A stretch of DNA of 64,000 nt, taken from an uncultured Victivallales bacterium (lineage in GTDB: Bacteria > Verrucomicrobiota > Lentisphaeria > Oligosphaerales > JABHEG01). The stretch covers positions 27,049-91,048 of the forward strand of contig CAZSNT010000010.1 in NCBI GenBank assembly GCA_964607765.1, given 5' to 3'. Positions 27,842-37,016 of this stretch are shown one piece after another. Positions within the stretch are counted from its first letter, which is position 1. Every line of letters starts with the position of its first letter. Position numbers and translations under genes: made by a program. The notes below the pieces were generated by a model that was not told the origin of the DNA, ran no database searches, and saw nothing but the letters and a program-made list of their open reading frames with translations.

Positions 27842-29370
27842 GCAAGCCCCCGAAAACCCCACGGCCGAGCAGCCCCCGGATCCTCATCGTCACACCCGAG
27901 ATAACCTACCTGCCGGGCGGCATGGGCAACATGGCCAACGTCATGACCGCCAAGGCCGGCGGGCTCGCCGATGTGTCGGCCTCCCTGGTGTCTGCCCTGT
28001 TCGAGCTTGGCGCGGACGTGCACGTCGCCCTCCCCCACTACCGCAAGATGTTCCACATCGATGTGGGGCAGTTGATCGACGACGAACTCCGGCTCTACCA
28101 CAGCAAGCTGCCCAACGAACGCGTGCACCTTGCTGAAGACCGGATTTTCTACTACCGCAGCCAGGTGTACGGCGACCACCAGAACGAGAACCCGAAACTC
28201 GCCATCGCTTTCCAGCGCGAAGTGATCAACAACATCATGCCGCTCGTCAAGCCCGATCTGATCCACTGCAACGACTGGATGACCGGCCTCATCCCGGCCA
28301 TGGCGCGGCGGCTGAACATCCCCTGCCTGTTCACCGTCCACAATATCCACACGTACGAGATCCTGCTCGAACGCATCGAGGACGGCGGGATCGATGCCGC
28401 CGAGTTCTGGCGTTACCTGTACTTTGACCGCGTGCCCGCCAACTACGAGGAGACGCGGTCAGCCAACCCGGTCGACCTCCTGTCCAGCGGCCTGTTCGCT
28501 GCGCACTTCGTGAACACGGTGAGCCCGACCTTCCTCGACGAGGTCATCGAAGGCCGGCACAACTTCGTGCCGGAGCACGTCCGTAACGAGTTCGCGTTCA
28601 AGAAGAACGCGGGCTGTGCGCAGGGCATTCTCAATGCCCCGGACGAGACGTACGTGCCGCAGACCGACGAGCTTATCGCCTGTCAGTACGACGCCGCAAC
28701 GCACCAGGAGGGGAAGCGCGCGAACAAGGTCGCCTTCCAGGAGAGGATGGGGCTGGCCCCGAATCCCGACGCGCCGCTGCTGTTCTGGCCGTCGCGTCTC
28801 GACCCGGTACAGAAAGGCTGTCAGCTGCTGACCGACTGCCTGTACTCGATGGTCTCCAAGTACTGGGCGGACGGGCTGCAGCTCGCCGTGGTTGCGAACG
28901 GCGCGTACCAGCCGCACTTCCACAGTATCGTGCAATTCCACGACCTGCACGGCCGCGTCGCAGTCTGCGACTTCGACGAGGCCCTGTCGCACCTGGGCTA
29001 CGCTGCCGCAGACTTCATGCTCATGCCGTCGCGCTTCGAACCGTGCGGCCTGCCGCAGATGGTCAGTGCCATCTACGGCACACTGCCCATCGTTCACGAC
29101 ACGGGCGGACTGCACGACACGGTGACGCAGCTTGACGTTGACGAGGAGACCGGCAACGGTTTCGTGTTCGACATTTTCGATACGAACGGCCTGCTTTGGG
29201 CCGTCGACCAGGCGCTGGCGTTCTACCGTCTGGCCCCGGCCCTACGCGCAGCCCAGATCAAGCGAGTCATGGGACACGGGGCAGACACCTTCAATCACGC
29301 CGTCACCGCCCATGCGTACTTCGAGATCTACGAGCGCATGCTGAAACGGCCACTGGTCAACCCGTTCTAG
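27838..29370 (+). CDS. glgA: Glycogen synthase, GT5
   Basis: KAGGLADV (KxGGL), IHCNDW, FTVHN, QKG, PSRFEPCGLPQM and TGGLHDTV; ATGA overlap with glgP. Confidence 0.93.
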   Translation: MSKPPKTPRPSSPRILIVTPEITYLPGGMGNMANVMTAKAGGLADVSASLVSALFELGADVHVALPHYRKMFHIDVGQLIDDELRLYHSKLPNERVHLAEDRIFYYRSQVYGDHQNENPKLAIAFQREVINNIMPLVKPDLIHCNDWMTGLIPAMARRLNIPCLFTVHNIHTYEILLERIEDGGIDAAEFWRYLYFDRVPANYEETRSANPVDLLSSGLFAAHFVNTVSPTFLDEVIEGRHNFVPEHVRNEFAFKKNAGCAQGILNAPDETYVPQTDELIACQYDAATHQEGKRANKVAFQERMGLAPNPDAPLLFWPSRLDPVQKGCQLLTDCLYSMVSKYWADGLQLAVVANGAYQPHFHSIVQFHDLHGRVAVCDFDEALSHLGYAAADFMLMPSRFEPCGLPQMVSAIYGTLPIVHDTGGLHDTVTQLDVDEETGNGFVFDIFDTNGLLWAVDQALAFYRLAPALRAAQIKRVMGHGADTFNHAVTAHAYFEIYERMLKRPLVNPF

Positions 29371-29385
29371 CCCGGAGGATCAGTC

Positions 29386-31413
29386 GTGCCGGCACGCCCG
29401 CGTTCCAGTCTCGCCACGCTGCTCAGCGATCCGTACCTCAAACCCTATCTCCCGCAACTGGCGCAGCGCAATGCTGCGGCACGCAGCATGGAAAAGCGTC
29501 TGACGCAGGGCGCGCGGTCGCTTGCCGATTTCGCCAGCGGCCACGAGCACTTCGGCCTGCACCGGGACGGAGTGGGGTGGGTCTTCCGCGAGTGGCTCCC
29601 GAACGCGTCTGGCGTCTGTCTGATCGGCACGTTCTCCGACTGGGGTGAGGCGGACGAGTTCAGGCTCGCCGCGGCGGACGAGCCCGGCGTCTGGCAGCTG
29701 CGGCTGCCCGCCGACGCGATCCGGCACGGGGACCTGTACCGGCTGCGCGTGCACTGGCCCGGCGGCAGCGGCGAGCGCATGCCCGCCTTTGCCAGGCGCG
29801 TGGTGCAGGACGAATCCACAAACATCTTCGCCGCGCAGGTTTGGTGCCCGGACCCGCCCTATACGTGGCAGCATGCCGCGCCCGCGCCGCTCGGCTCGAG
29901 ACCGCTGCTCGTCTATGAAGCCCACGTCGGCATCGCGCAGGAGCACGGGCGTGTCGGAACGTATGCGGAGTTCGCCGAGGAGACGCTTCCCCGGATTGCC
30001 GATGCCGGCTACAATGCGGTGCAGCTCATGGCTGTCATGGAGCATCCGTACTACGGCTCTTTCGGCTATCAGGTCTCCAGCTTCTTCGCTGCATCCTCCC
30101 GCTTCGGAACGCCCGAGGAACTGAAGGGGCTGGTCGATGCCGCGCACGGCGCCGGGCTGCACGTGATCATCGATCTGATCCACTCCCATGCGGTCAAGAA
30201 CGAAACCGAGGGGCTCTCGCACCAGGACGGAACGCCGTACCAGTACTTCCACGAAGGCGCCCGCGGTCAACACCCGGTCTGGGACTCGCGCTGCTTTGAC
30301 TACACCAAGCCGGAGGTCTTGCATTTGCTCCTGTCCAACTGCCGGTTCTGGCTGGACGAGTACCGCGTCGACGGCTTCCGCTTCGACGGTATCACGAGCA
30401 TGCTCTATTCGCATCACGGCCTGGGCACGGTGTTCACGGGCTATGACCAGTATTTCGACGACTGTGTGGAGACCGAGGCCCTGGCCTACCTGGCCCTGGC
30501 CAACACGCTCATCCACACGGTCAATCCGCACGCCGTGACGATTGCGGAGGACGTCAGCGGCATGCCGGGTCTGGCGGCGCCGGTGGACCAGGGCGGCTGC
30601 GGCTTCGATTACCGCCTGGCCATGGGCGTTCCGGATTGCTGGTTCGAGCTCGTGCGTGAGGTGCGGGACGAGGACTGGGACCTGCACCGCCTGTGGCACG
30701 AACTCACCAATCGCCGATCCGACGAACGCACAATCAGCTACGTTGAGTGCCACGACCAGGCGATTGTCGGGGGCAAGACGTTCCTGTTCGAATTGCTCGA
30801 CGCCCGGATGTACTCGTCCATGCACGTGAACCACCACGGTCCCACGCTCGATCGCGGCATTGCCCTGCACAAAATGGCGCGCCTGGCCACCGTCATGGCT
30901 GCCGGGCACGGATACCTCAATTTCATGGGCAACGAGTTCGGGCATCCCGAGTGGGTCGACTTCCCGCGCGAAGGCAACAACTGGTCCCACCACTACGCCC
31001 GGCGCCAGTGGAGCCTGAGAGACGACCCGGCCCTGAAGTACGCCGCCCTGGCCAGGTTCGACCATGCCATGCTCGCGCTTGTCCACGACCAGGCAGCGTT
31101 CGGCACGCAGCCGCCCAGGCTGCTGCGCATCAGCGAGCAGGACAGCACCCTCGCTTTCGAGCGCGTCGGCCTGTTCGTCGTGCTCAACTTCCACCCCAAC
31201 CAGTCGTTCGCCGACTACGCCATCGAGGTGCCACCGGGCACGTACCGCCTGGTGCTGGACACGGACGAGGACGTGTTCGGCGGCCAGGGGCGCCTGTCAC
31301 CGCAGCAGGAGTACGTCACCCAACCCCTCACCAGAGGCACCGAACTGCACCACTGCATCAAAGTCTACGCACCCAGCCGCACCGCGCTCGTGCTCCGACG
31401 TGCGGAGGCCTAG
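29386..31413 (+). CDS. glgB: 1,4-alpha-glucan branching enzyme (GH13_8-like)
   Basis: YEAHVG, EHPYYGSFGYQVSSFFAASSRFGTPEELK, GFRFDGITSMLY, AEDVSG, YVECHDQA and NFMGNEFGHPEWVDFPREGN. Confidence 0.93.
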   Translation: MPARPRSSLATLLSDPYLKPYLPQLAQRNAAARSMEKRLTQGARSLADFASGHEHFGLHRDGVGWVFREWLPNASGVCLIGTFSDWGEADEFRLAAADEPGVWQLRLPADAIRHGDLYRLRVHWPGGSGERMPAFARRVVQDESTNIFAAQVWCPDPPYTWQHAAPAPLGSRPLLVYEAHVGIAQEHGRVGTYAEFAEETLPRIADAGYNAVQLMAVMEHPYYGSFGYQVSSFFAASSRFGTPEELKGLVDAAHGAGLHVIIDLIHSHAVKNETEGLSHQDGTPYQYFHEGARGQHPVWDSRCFDYTKPEVLHLLLSNCRFWLDEYRVDGFRFDGITSMLYSHHGLGTVFTGYDQYFDDCVETEALAYLALANTLIHTVNPHAVTIAEDVSGMPGLAAPVDQGGCGFDYRLAMGVPDCWFELVREVRDEDWDLHRLWHELTNRRSDERTISYVECHDQAIVGGKTFLFELLDARMYSSMHVNHHGPTLDRGIALHKMARLATVMAAGHGYLNFMGNEFGHPEWVDFPREGNNWSHHYARRQWSLRDDPALKYAALARFDHAMLALVHDQAAFGTQPPRLLRISEQDSTLAFERVGLFVVLNFHPNQSFADYAIEVPPGTYRLVLDTDEDVFGGQGRLSPQQEYVTQPLTRGTELHHCIKVYAPSRTALVLRRAEA

Positions 31414-31770
31414 AGGGGCGAATTGCGTCACGCCAGGTACGTTTGCGTCCCGACGCCCCCTGCGATACTGTTACGCTACCCGAGGGAAAAACGGACACTC
31501 CCTCCGCAAAATGTGGCATGATACTCAACGGTGTAGCGCCAGAGCGATTGACTGAGAGTCGGGTTAAACATGGGGGGGGGGTAGAACATCCGGAGGAGGG
31601 CCCCGGACGGATGTGGGAGTTCACCCTCGGCGACCTTGGCTTCCATTTTCCACCCATCATCTTCAACCCGAATCCGGAGAGAGGAATTACACGCCAACTT
31701 GCTTCTGGCGGACCCCGCGGGGCGGCGCCGCAGAGCACACGGTTCGACGTGACAGAGGACCCCGGACCAT

Positions 31771-32814
31771 ATGGGACTCCACCCAGACATTGGCTTGGTC
31801 TTGCAGCACTACGGTTTGGCTGGAGAGCCTCGGGGCGTGGCTGAACTGGAGGCCACGCACAGAGCATTCCGTATCGACATCGACGGTCGCTCCTACGCTC
31901 TCCGCCAATTCAACCCGTTCATGACTTCGGGCGACTTCGCGGCTCAGGCCAGCCTTGCGGCGTCTCTGGCCGACGCCGGACTCGCCACTCCCCCGCCGCT
32001 CCCCACGAATGGCGGAGAGCGCTTCGTGCGATTGGGCGATCACCTTTGGGCGTTGTTCCCATGGTGCGATGGGCGGCCCGGCGACTCACGTCAATCCACC
32101 GACCTGTTCGCCCTCGTGGAAGCGCAGGGCAACTGGGCCAGGATCGCCGGGGAGATTGCCAAGTCACCCCACTGGGACGCGATCTTGTCTACTGCCAGGC
32201 GGTTCCGCCGGCGCAAGGATTGGGCGTGGATCGTGCCCCTGGATCAGGTCCCACGCTTCGTTGACGAGGAAGCCCTGCCGAGACTCCGCGCGTGCAGCTC
32301 TACAGGCAGGTTGGCAGACGAACTACGATGCGTTCTGTCCCGCCTGTCCGACGCCGCACTGCAACTCGCGAAGATGCTGGCCGGCAACTCTGTGTCCCGC
32401 TTGCCCCACATCGTCTCACACGGCGACTTCTGGGCGAGCAACATCTGCATATCGAGACAGGGAACATACGTGCTCGATCTGGATTGCTTCTCCTACGAAC
32501 CGAGGGTTGCGGACTTCGCCCGTGCAGCCCACTGGTTCTACCCGCAGCATTCCCCGGAGGAGAACCGCTTCCTCTTGGACCGCTTCCTCAGCGTATCGCG
32601 CATCGGGCCAGAAGAACTCAAGCCCTTGCCGGTGCTGATTTGCAGTCACAGCCTCTACTATTCCGTCGGCGCGGCACTGCGGTTCCCGGGTGAATCGGCT
32701 GCGGAACAAAGCAAGATCCTCGAGGAGATCCGCGTTGAGCTCGAGGAAAAAGCCGGGTGGGATGGGCAATGTCAGGCAGTCCAGGAGGCGTTTCTCCTCG
32801 GCAGCGTCAACTGA
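31771..32814 (+). CDS. Aminoglycoside phosphotransferase / type II homoserine kinase-fold phosphotransferase
   Basis: Brenner motif SHGDFWASNI and VLDLD; GAGG RBS. Confidence 0.8.
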   Translation: MGLHPDIGLVLQHYGLAGEPRGVAELEATHRAFRIDIDGRSYALRQFNPFMTSGDFAAQASLAASLADAGLATPPPLPTNGGERFVRLGDHLWALFPWCDGRPGDSRQSTDLFALVEAQGNWARIAGEIAKSPHWDAILSTARRFRRRKDWAWIVPLDQVPRFVDEEALPRLRACSSTGRLADELRCVLSRLSDAALQLAKMLAGNSVSRLPHIVSHGDFWASNICISRQGTYVLDLDCFSYEPRVADFARAAHWFYPQHSPEENRFLLDRFLSVSRIGPEELKPLPVLICSHSLYYSVGAALRFPGESAAEQSKILEEIRVELEEKAGWDGQCQAVQEAFLLGSVN

Positions 32815-33007
32815 CCGTCGAACATGATGGGATTGACATGACTGATTGGGGTGGACGATTGGGGAACCGGCTTCCGGCATCGTGGACCGTAATCGTCGCG
32901 CGTAATCGTCTACCGAACTGAACGAACCACATGTCAAGCTCTCGCACGGGACGCCGTGGGCACGGCGCCGGTAGAGAGCGGCGTTGGATAGGGATGAAGA
33001 TACCCGA

Positions 33008-34783
33008 CTAACGACTAACCTGCGTCATGATGACCCGAACGAAGCTCACCGGCGTCCGGCCGTCGACCAGGATCTCCAGATCGTAGTCGGTGTCGCGCGC
33101 CACGAAGTCGGCCGTGAGAAAGAACGTGGCCGTCTTGAACGTGTCCGTGCCCGTCGCGGTGACCGGTGGTGTCTCCTTGTCCTCCCCATCTTGCCGATAC
33201 GCCAGGCGCCATTGTCCGCCGTGCCCGTCGTACCATGTCACCTTGACGGCGACGGACTGGGCGCGACCGCTCAAGAACCGGTCATCGACGGCGAAGCCGA
33301 TCCGCTTGCCGGTACGCGCGACATAGTCGTAGGGCTTCTTCTCATCGCGCAGCCACCAGCGTTTGAGGGCATGGGGGATCCTGACGGCTGGCGTCGTCTC
33401 GCAACCCTCGCGGTCACGTTGGTAGAGCCAGCGCTCGAAATTCCTGACCGCTCCGGGGCTCTGATGGGGCTTGCTGTTGGCCCAGGCCGATATGTAGCTT
33501 TCGCGCAGGAAGCACCATGCGTCCGGGGCATCGTCGATGCGTCGTGCCAGCTCGTGACACACGAACCAGAGCATCTCGGGGATAACGGCGTTGGACTCGG
33601 TGTAGAGGTAGTTGCGTCGCATTTGCAGCAGGCGCAGCATGGACGTGAAGTACCGGTAGTTGAAGGACTCGCCCGGGCCGAAGCGTCCGGGCTTCCCGGG
33701 CTTGTCCGCCCAGCGGCCGCGTGAATACTCCTCGTTCTCGTCGCCGAAGATCACGTCGCGGTTGAGCACGGGAAACGACTCATCAACGCACAGGTAGCGA
33801 TCCGTGTCGATGAACTGGCCGCGCTCGGGATCGTTGGTGTGGTACAGGTACATCTCGACGAAACCGTCGCGGCTGCCGAGACCGAAGTCGGGCAAGCCGC
33901 TGTCGGCGGGGAGATCGGCCATGGATATGAGCTTGTTCCGATGGGGACCAAACGCGGCAATCCATGCTTCCAGGCGCTCGCGGAAACGCCGGACTTTCTC
34001 GGGTGTATCAAGGCGTAGCCCGGCGGCCTCCTCGCCGTTGGAATAGGACATGCCGCAGATGATGAGGCCCTTGATGTTGGGGGACGCCGGCAGCCCACTC
34101 TCGCCGAAGGCCTTCACGAACCGCAGATACTTCTCGTGGTAGACGGGGTCGAGGATGTCGAGATGGACGACGGGCGCACCGCCTCTCGCTTCCTCGACCT
34201 TGCGGACGTTGTAGTTCGCCAGCCAGCGGGGCGCGCTCCAGCGGCTGAACATCCAGTTCGCTTTCTTCTTCCACTGCTCCCAATCTTCCGGCGTTCCGTG
34301 CTGCCAGACCGACCCCAGCATCCGGATGATAACGCCGTCGCACCCCGCTTTGAGCCGGTCGTCAATGGCCTGGCGGAGCGGAGCGAAATCGAACGTGCCT
34401 TCCTCCGGCTCGATCTGCCGCCACCGCCACCAGAGCTCGTCGACGACCCTGACACCTTCGGGGAAGCCCGCCTCGCTCAGCTTCCGCCAGCCGTGCATCC
34501 CCCAGCGGACCAGCGCACGCTTCGACGGCTTCACGTGCGGCGGCAGCGACCAGTCCCAGCCATCCACCACGTCATCGCGGTCGCGCCACCGCGGCTCGCG
34601 CAGCGGCTGTTTGTCGGCGTACTCGCCCCAATACGCCCAGGGATTGACGCCGCCCGCGAGGGCATCTGCCCCCGTAGCACCGGCAGGAACGGCCTCGTAA
34701 ACACGCCCAGCGCCCGCTGTTGCACACAATGCGACACCGACGAGGAAGGTCAGGTGGAATTGCTTCCATGTTGTTCCAGCCAT
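33008..34783 (-). CDS. Secreted putative glycoside hydrolase (clan GH-A-like barrel + C-terminal beta-sandwich)
   Basis: Signal peptide, GGAGGAGG RBS, WRQIEPEEGTFDF (GH35/GH42-like motif), P-x-WL, candidate catalytic NGEE and ENEEY; Trp-rich. Confidence 0.65.
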   Translation of the reverse strand: MAGTTWKQFHLTFLVGVALCATAGAGRVYEAVPAGATGADALAGGVNPWAYWGEYADKQPLREPRWRDRDDVVDGWDWSLPPHVKPSKRALVRWGMHGWRKLSEAGFPEGVRVVDELWWRWRQIEPEEGTFDFAPLRQAIDDRLKAGCDGVIIRMLGSVWQHGTPEDWEQWKKKANWMFSRWSAPRWLANYNVRKVEEARGGAPVVHLDILDPVYHEKYLRFVKAFGESGLPASPNIKGLIICGMSYSNGEEAAGLRLDTPEKVRRFRERLEAWIAAFGPHRNKLISMADLPADSGLPDFGLGSRDGFVEMYLYHTNDPERGQFIDTDRYLCVDESFPVLNRDVIFGDENEEYSRGRWADKPGKPGRFGPGESFNYRYFTSMLRLLQMRRNYLYTESNAVIPEMLWFVCHELARRIDDAPDAWCFLRESYISAWANSKPHQSPGAVRNFERWLYQRDREGCETTPAVRIPHALKRWWLRDEKKPYDYVARTGKRIGFAVDDRFLSGRAQSVAVKVTWYDGHGGQWRLAYRQDGEDKETPPVTATGTDTFKTATFFLTADFVARDTDYDLEILVDGRTPVSFVRVIMTQVSR

Positions 34784-34910
34784 CCGCGTTCCTCCTCCAT
34801 TCCGGTGATTCAGGTGTGCCTGCCGGGCAGACGTGGGGCACTATACCCCATGTCCTCTTCTCTCGGAGAAGATGGTCGACGGTTGAGAGAACGGCGACAA
34901 GGACGTGATT

Positions 34911-34931
34911 TCTGATGATGGCATCATAAGA
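34911..34931. promoter_or_regulatory. Operator-like palindrome in a divergent intergenic region
   Basis: TCTg-ATGATG-G-CATCAT-aAGA in the AT-richer spacer between the divergent GH and FAD-oxidoreductase genes. Confidence 0.35.
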
Positions 34932-35007
34932 TATCCTGCATCCAATACACTGAACAGCGACGCCATCCCGCAAGAGTAACGTAACGGCAAGAGATGAGAG
35001 CAACTTC

Positions 35008-36831
35008 ATGCAACCACAATCTGACGCCAGCACCCTCCCGTCCGAATCTCCAGGGCTGCTCCTCGAGTCGGCCCAGTTCCAGACCAAAGGCGGCTGGGTC
35101 GTGGACCAGCAGTTCATGGACCGGATGGGTTCGTCGTTCCTGCTCGCTCACGGGCTCGGAAAACCGGTGGCGAATGCTGTCGCGGACGTGACGTTCGCCC
35201 AGGCAGGCCCATACCGGCTGTGGGTGCGGACCCGTGACTGGGTGGCGCCCTGGAAGACGCCGGACACACCTGCAGGCAAGCGCGCCACCGGCACGCCGGG
35301 TGTGTTCAACGTTCTGGTGAACGGCGAGGCCGTCGACACCACGTTCGGCGACCGGAACGCCGAGTGGCACTGGCAGGACGGCGGCACGGTCGAGATCGCG
35401 GCGGGTGCCGCCCGGGTTTCGCTCCAGGATCTCACCGGGTTCGAGGGGCGCTGTGCGGGCGTGTTCCTGACGCAGGACCTCGACTTCGCGCCACCCGATG
35501 CGGGCGAGGCATTGCAGCGGTTCCGGCGCCGCTGTCACGGGCACCCCGAGACGCCGGAGACGGCGGGGGCCTACGATCTGGTTGTGGTTGGCGGCGGCGC
35601 GGCGGGGACTTGTGCCGCGATCTCCGCAGCACGCCAGGGCTTGTCGGTCGCCTTCATCCAGGATCGCCCGGTGATCGGCGGCAACAACAGTTCGGAGGTG
35701 CGCGTTTGGCTGTGCGGAGCGCAGAGCGGGCCGCGCGCGACGAAGCTGGGCGACGTGCTGGCAGAGCTCGAACAGCAGGAACGGGCCCACTACGGCGAGG
35801 CCAACCAGCCCGAGCTGTACGAGGATGAGCGGAAGATGGGGATCGTGCAGGCGGAGCAGAACATCGCCTTCTTCCCCTCGCACCGGGCGAACGACGTGGA
35901 AACGGAGAACGGCCGCATTGTGGCTGTCATTGCCGAGCAGATCGAGACCGGGGAACGCCGCCGTTTCAAGGGGACGACCTTTGCGGACTGCACGGGTGAC
36001 GGCTGCGTTGGCTACCTGGCCGGTGCCGATTACGAGATCACGCTCGAAGACGGGCACATGGGACGTTGCAATCTCTGGCACACCGCGGCAACCGGCGGGC
36101 CCGTTTCATTCCCGCGTTGCCCGTGGGCGCTCGACCTGAGTGATAAACCGTTCCCGGGCCGACACGAAGACGCGCTGAGCGGCGAAACGCGCACCAACAA
36201 CAACTGGCAGGGGCTCGAGGCCCTCGGCGGCTGGTACTGGGAGAACGGGTTCTTCCACGACCCTTTCGCGAACAGCGAGTACATCCGCGACTGGAATTTC
36301 CGCGCCATGTACGGGGCGTGGGATTGCTTGAAGAACGTTGACGGCGAGTACCCCGATCGCGAGCTGGCGTGGGCGGCTCACATCTCCGGCAAACGCGAGT
36401 CCCGCCGCCTGCTGGGTGACATCATCCTGAACAAGGAGGATGTGACCAAACCGATCGAGTACGACGACGGCCTGGCCGCGACCGGGTGGAAGATCGACCT
36501 GCACCTGCCGCATCCGGCCTACGAGAAGGGGTTCGAGGGCGACGCGTTCATTGCCCGGGCCACATTCACCCCGTGCGTGACGCCCTACTACGTCCCGTAC
36601 CGCTGTCTCTACTCGCGCAACGTCGCCAACTTGTTCATGGCCGGCCGCTGCATCAGCGTAACGCATGAGGCGCTGGGTACGGTCCGGGTCATGCGCACCG
36701 GCGCGCTGATGGGCGAAGTCGTGGGCAAGGCGGCGGCGCTGTGCAGACGACACAGTGTGATGCCGCGCGCCGTCTACGAACAGCATCTGCACGAACTGAA
36801 AGAGCTGTGCGGCGTGGCTTCCGAGCAGTAG
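35008..36831 (+). CDS. FAD-dependent oxidoreductase (PF12831-type) with N-terminal beta-sandwich domain
   Basis: VVVGGGAAGTCAAISAAR dinucleotide-binding motif, GGNNSSEVR, DCTGDG, KRESRRLLGD and NLFMAGRCIS. Confidence 0.87.
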   Translation: MQPQSDASTLPSESPGLLLESAQFQTKGGWVVDQQFMDRMGSSFLLAHGLGKPVANAVADVTFAQAGPYRLWVRTRDWVAPWKTPDTPAGKRATGTPGVFNVLVNGEAVDTTFGDRNAEWHWQDGGTVEIAAGAARVSLQDLTGFEGRCAGVFLTQDLDFAPPDAGEALQRFRRRCHGHPETPETAGAYDLVVVGGGAAGTCAAISAARQGLSVAFIQDRPVIGGNNSSEVRVWLCGAQSGPRATKLGDVLAELEQQERAHYGEANQPELYEDERKMGIVQAEQNIAFFPSHRANDVETENGRIVAVIAEQIETGERRRFKGTTFADCTGDGCVGYLAGADYEITLEDGHMGRCNLWHTAATGGPVSFPRCPWALDLSDKPFPGRHEDALSGETRTNNNWQGLEALGGWYWENGFFHDPFANSEYIRDWNFRAMYGAWDCLKNVDGEYPDRELAWAAHISGKRESRRLLGDIILNKEDVTKPIEYDDGLAATGWKIDLHLPHPAYEKGFEGDAFIARATFTPCVTPYYVPYRCLYSRNVANLFMAGRCISVTHEALGTVRVMRTGALMGEVVGKAAALCRRHSVMPRAVYEQHLHELKELCGVASEQ

Positions 36832-36952
36832 CAGTCCGGGCGTAGCGTTCCCCTACTTGCCAACGTCGGTTCGCACTGGTGGATCCGCTTGACCGGAAGC
36901 TTGGCTCGTGGATGTAGCGTCAGCCCCCTTGAAACTGGTTGGCCTCGCAGCC

Positions 36953-36980
36953 TTGCATTTTGACCTCTCCTGGCCATAAT
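36953..36980 (+). promoter_or_regulatory. Putative sigma70 promoter
   Basis: TTGCAT-N16-CATAAT, 36 nt upstream of the ATG at 37017. Confidence 0.45.
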
Positions 36981-37016
36981 AGCGGTTGCGCCCAGGAGAA
37001 GGGCGCGGAGATCGCC

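Noticed and set aside
31414-31770. Riboswitch, ncRNA or small gene in the glgB-kinase spacer
   Set aside because: No recognisable conserved RNA motif, and the overlapping ORFs lack RBS or family features.
31771-32814. Aminoglycoside resistance gene
   Set aside because: Only the general APH/kinase fold motifs are visible. There is no mobile context or specific similarity to known resistance enzymes that I can support.
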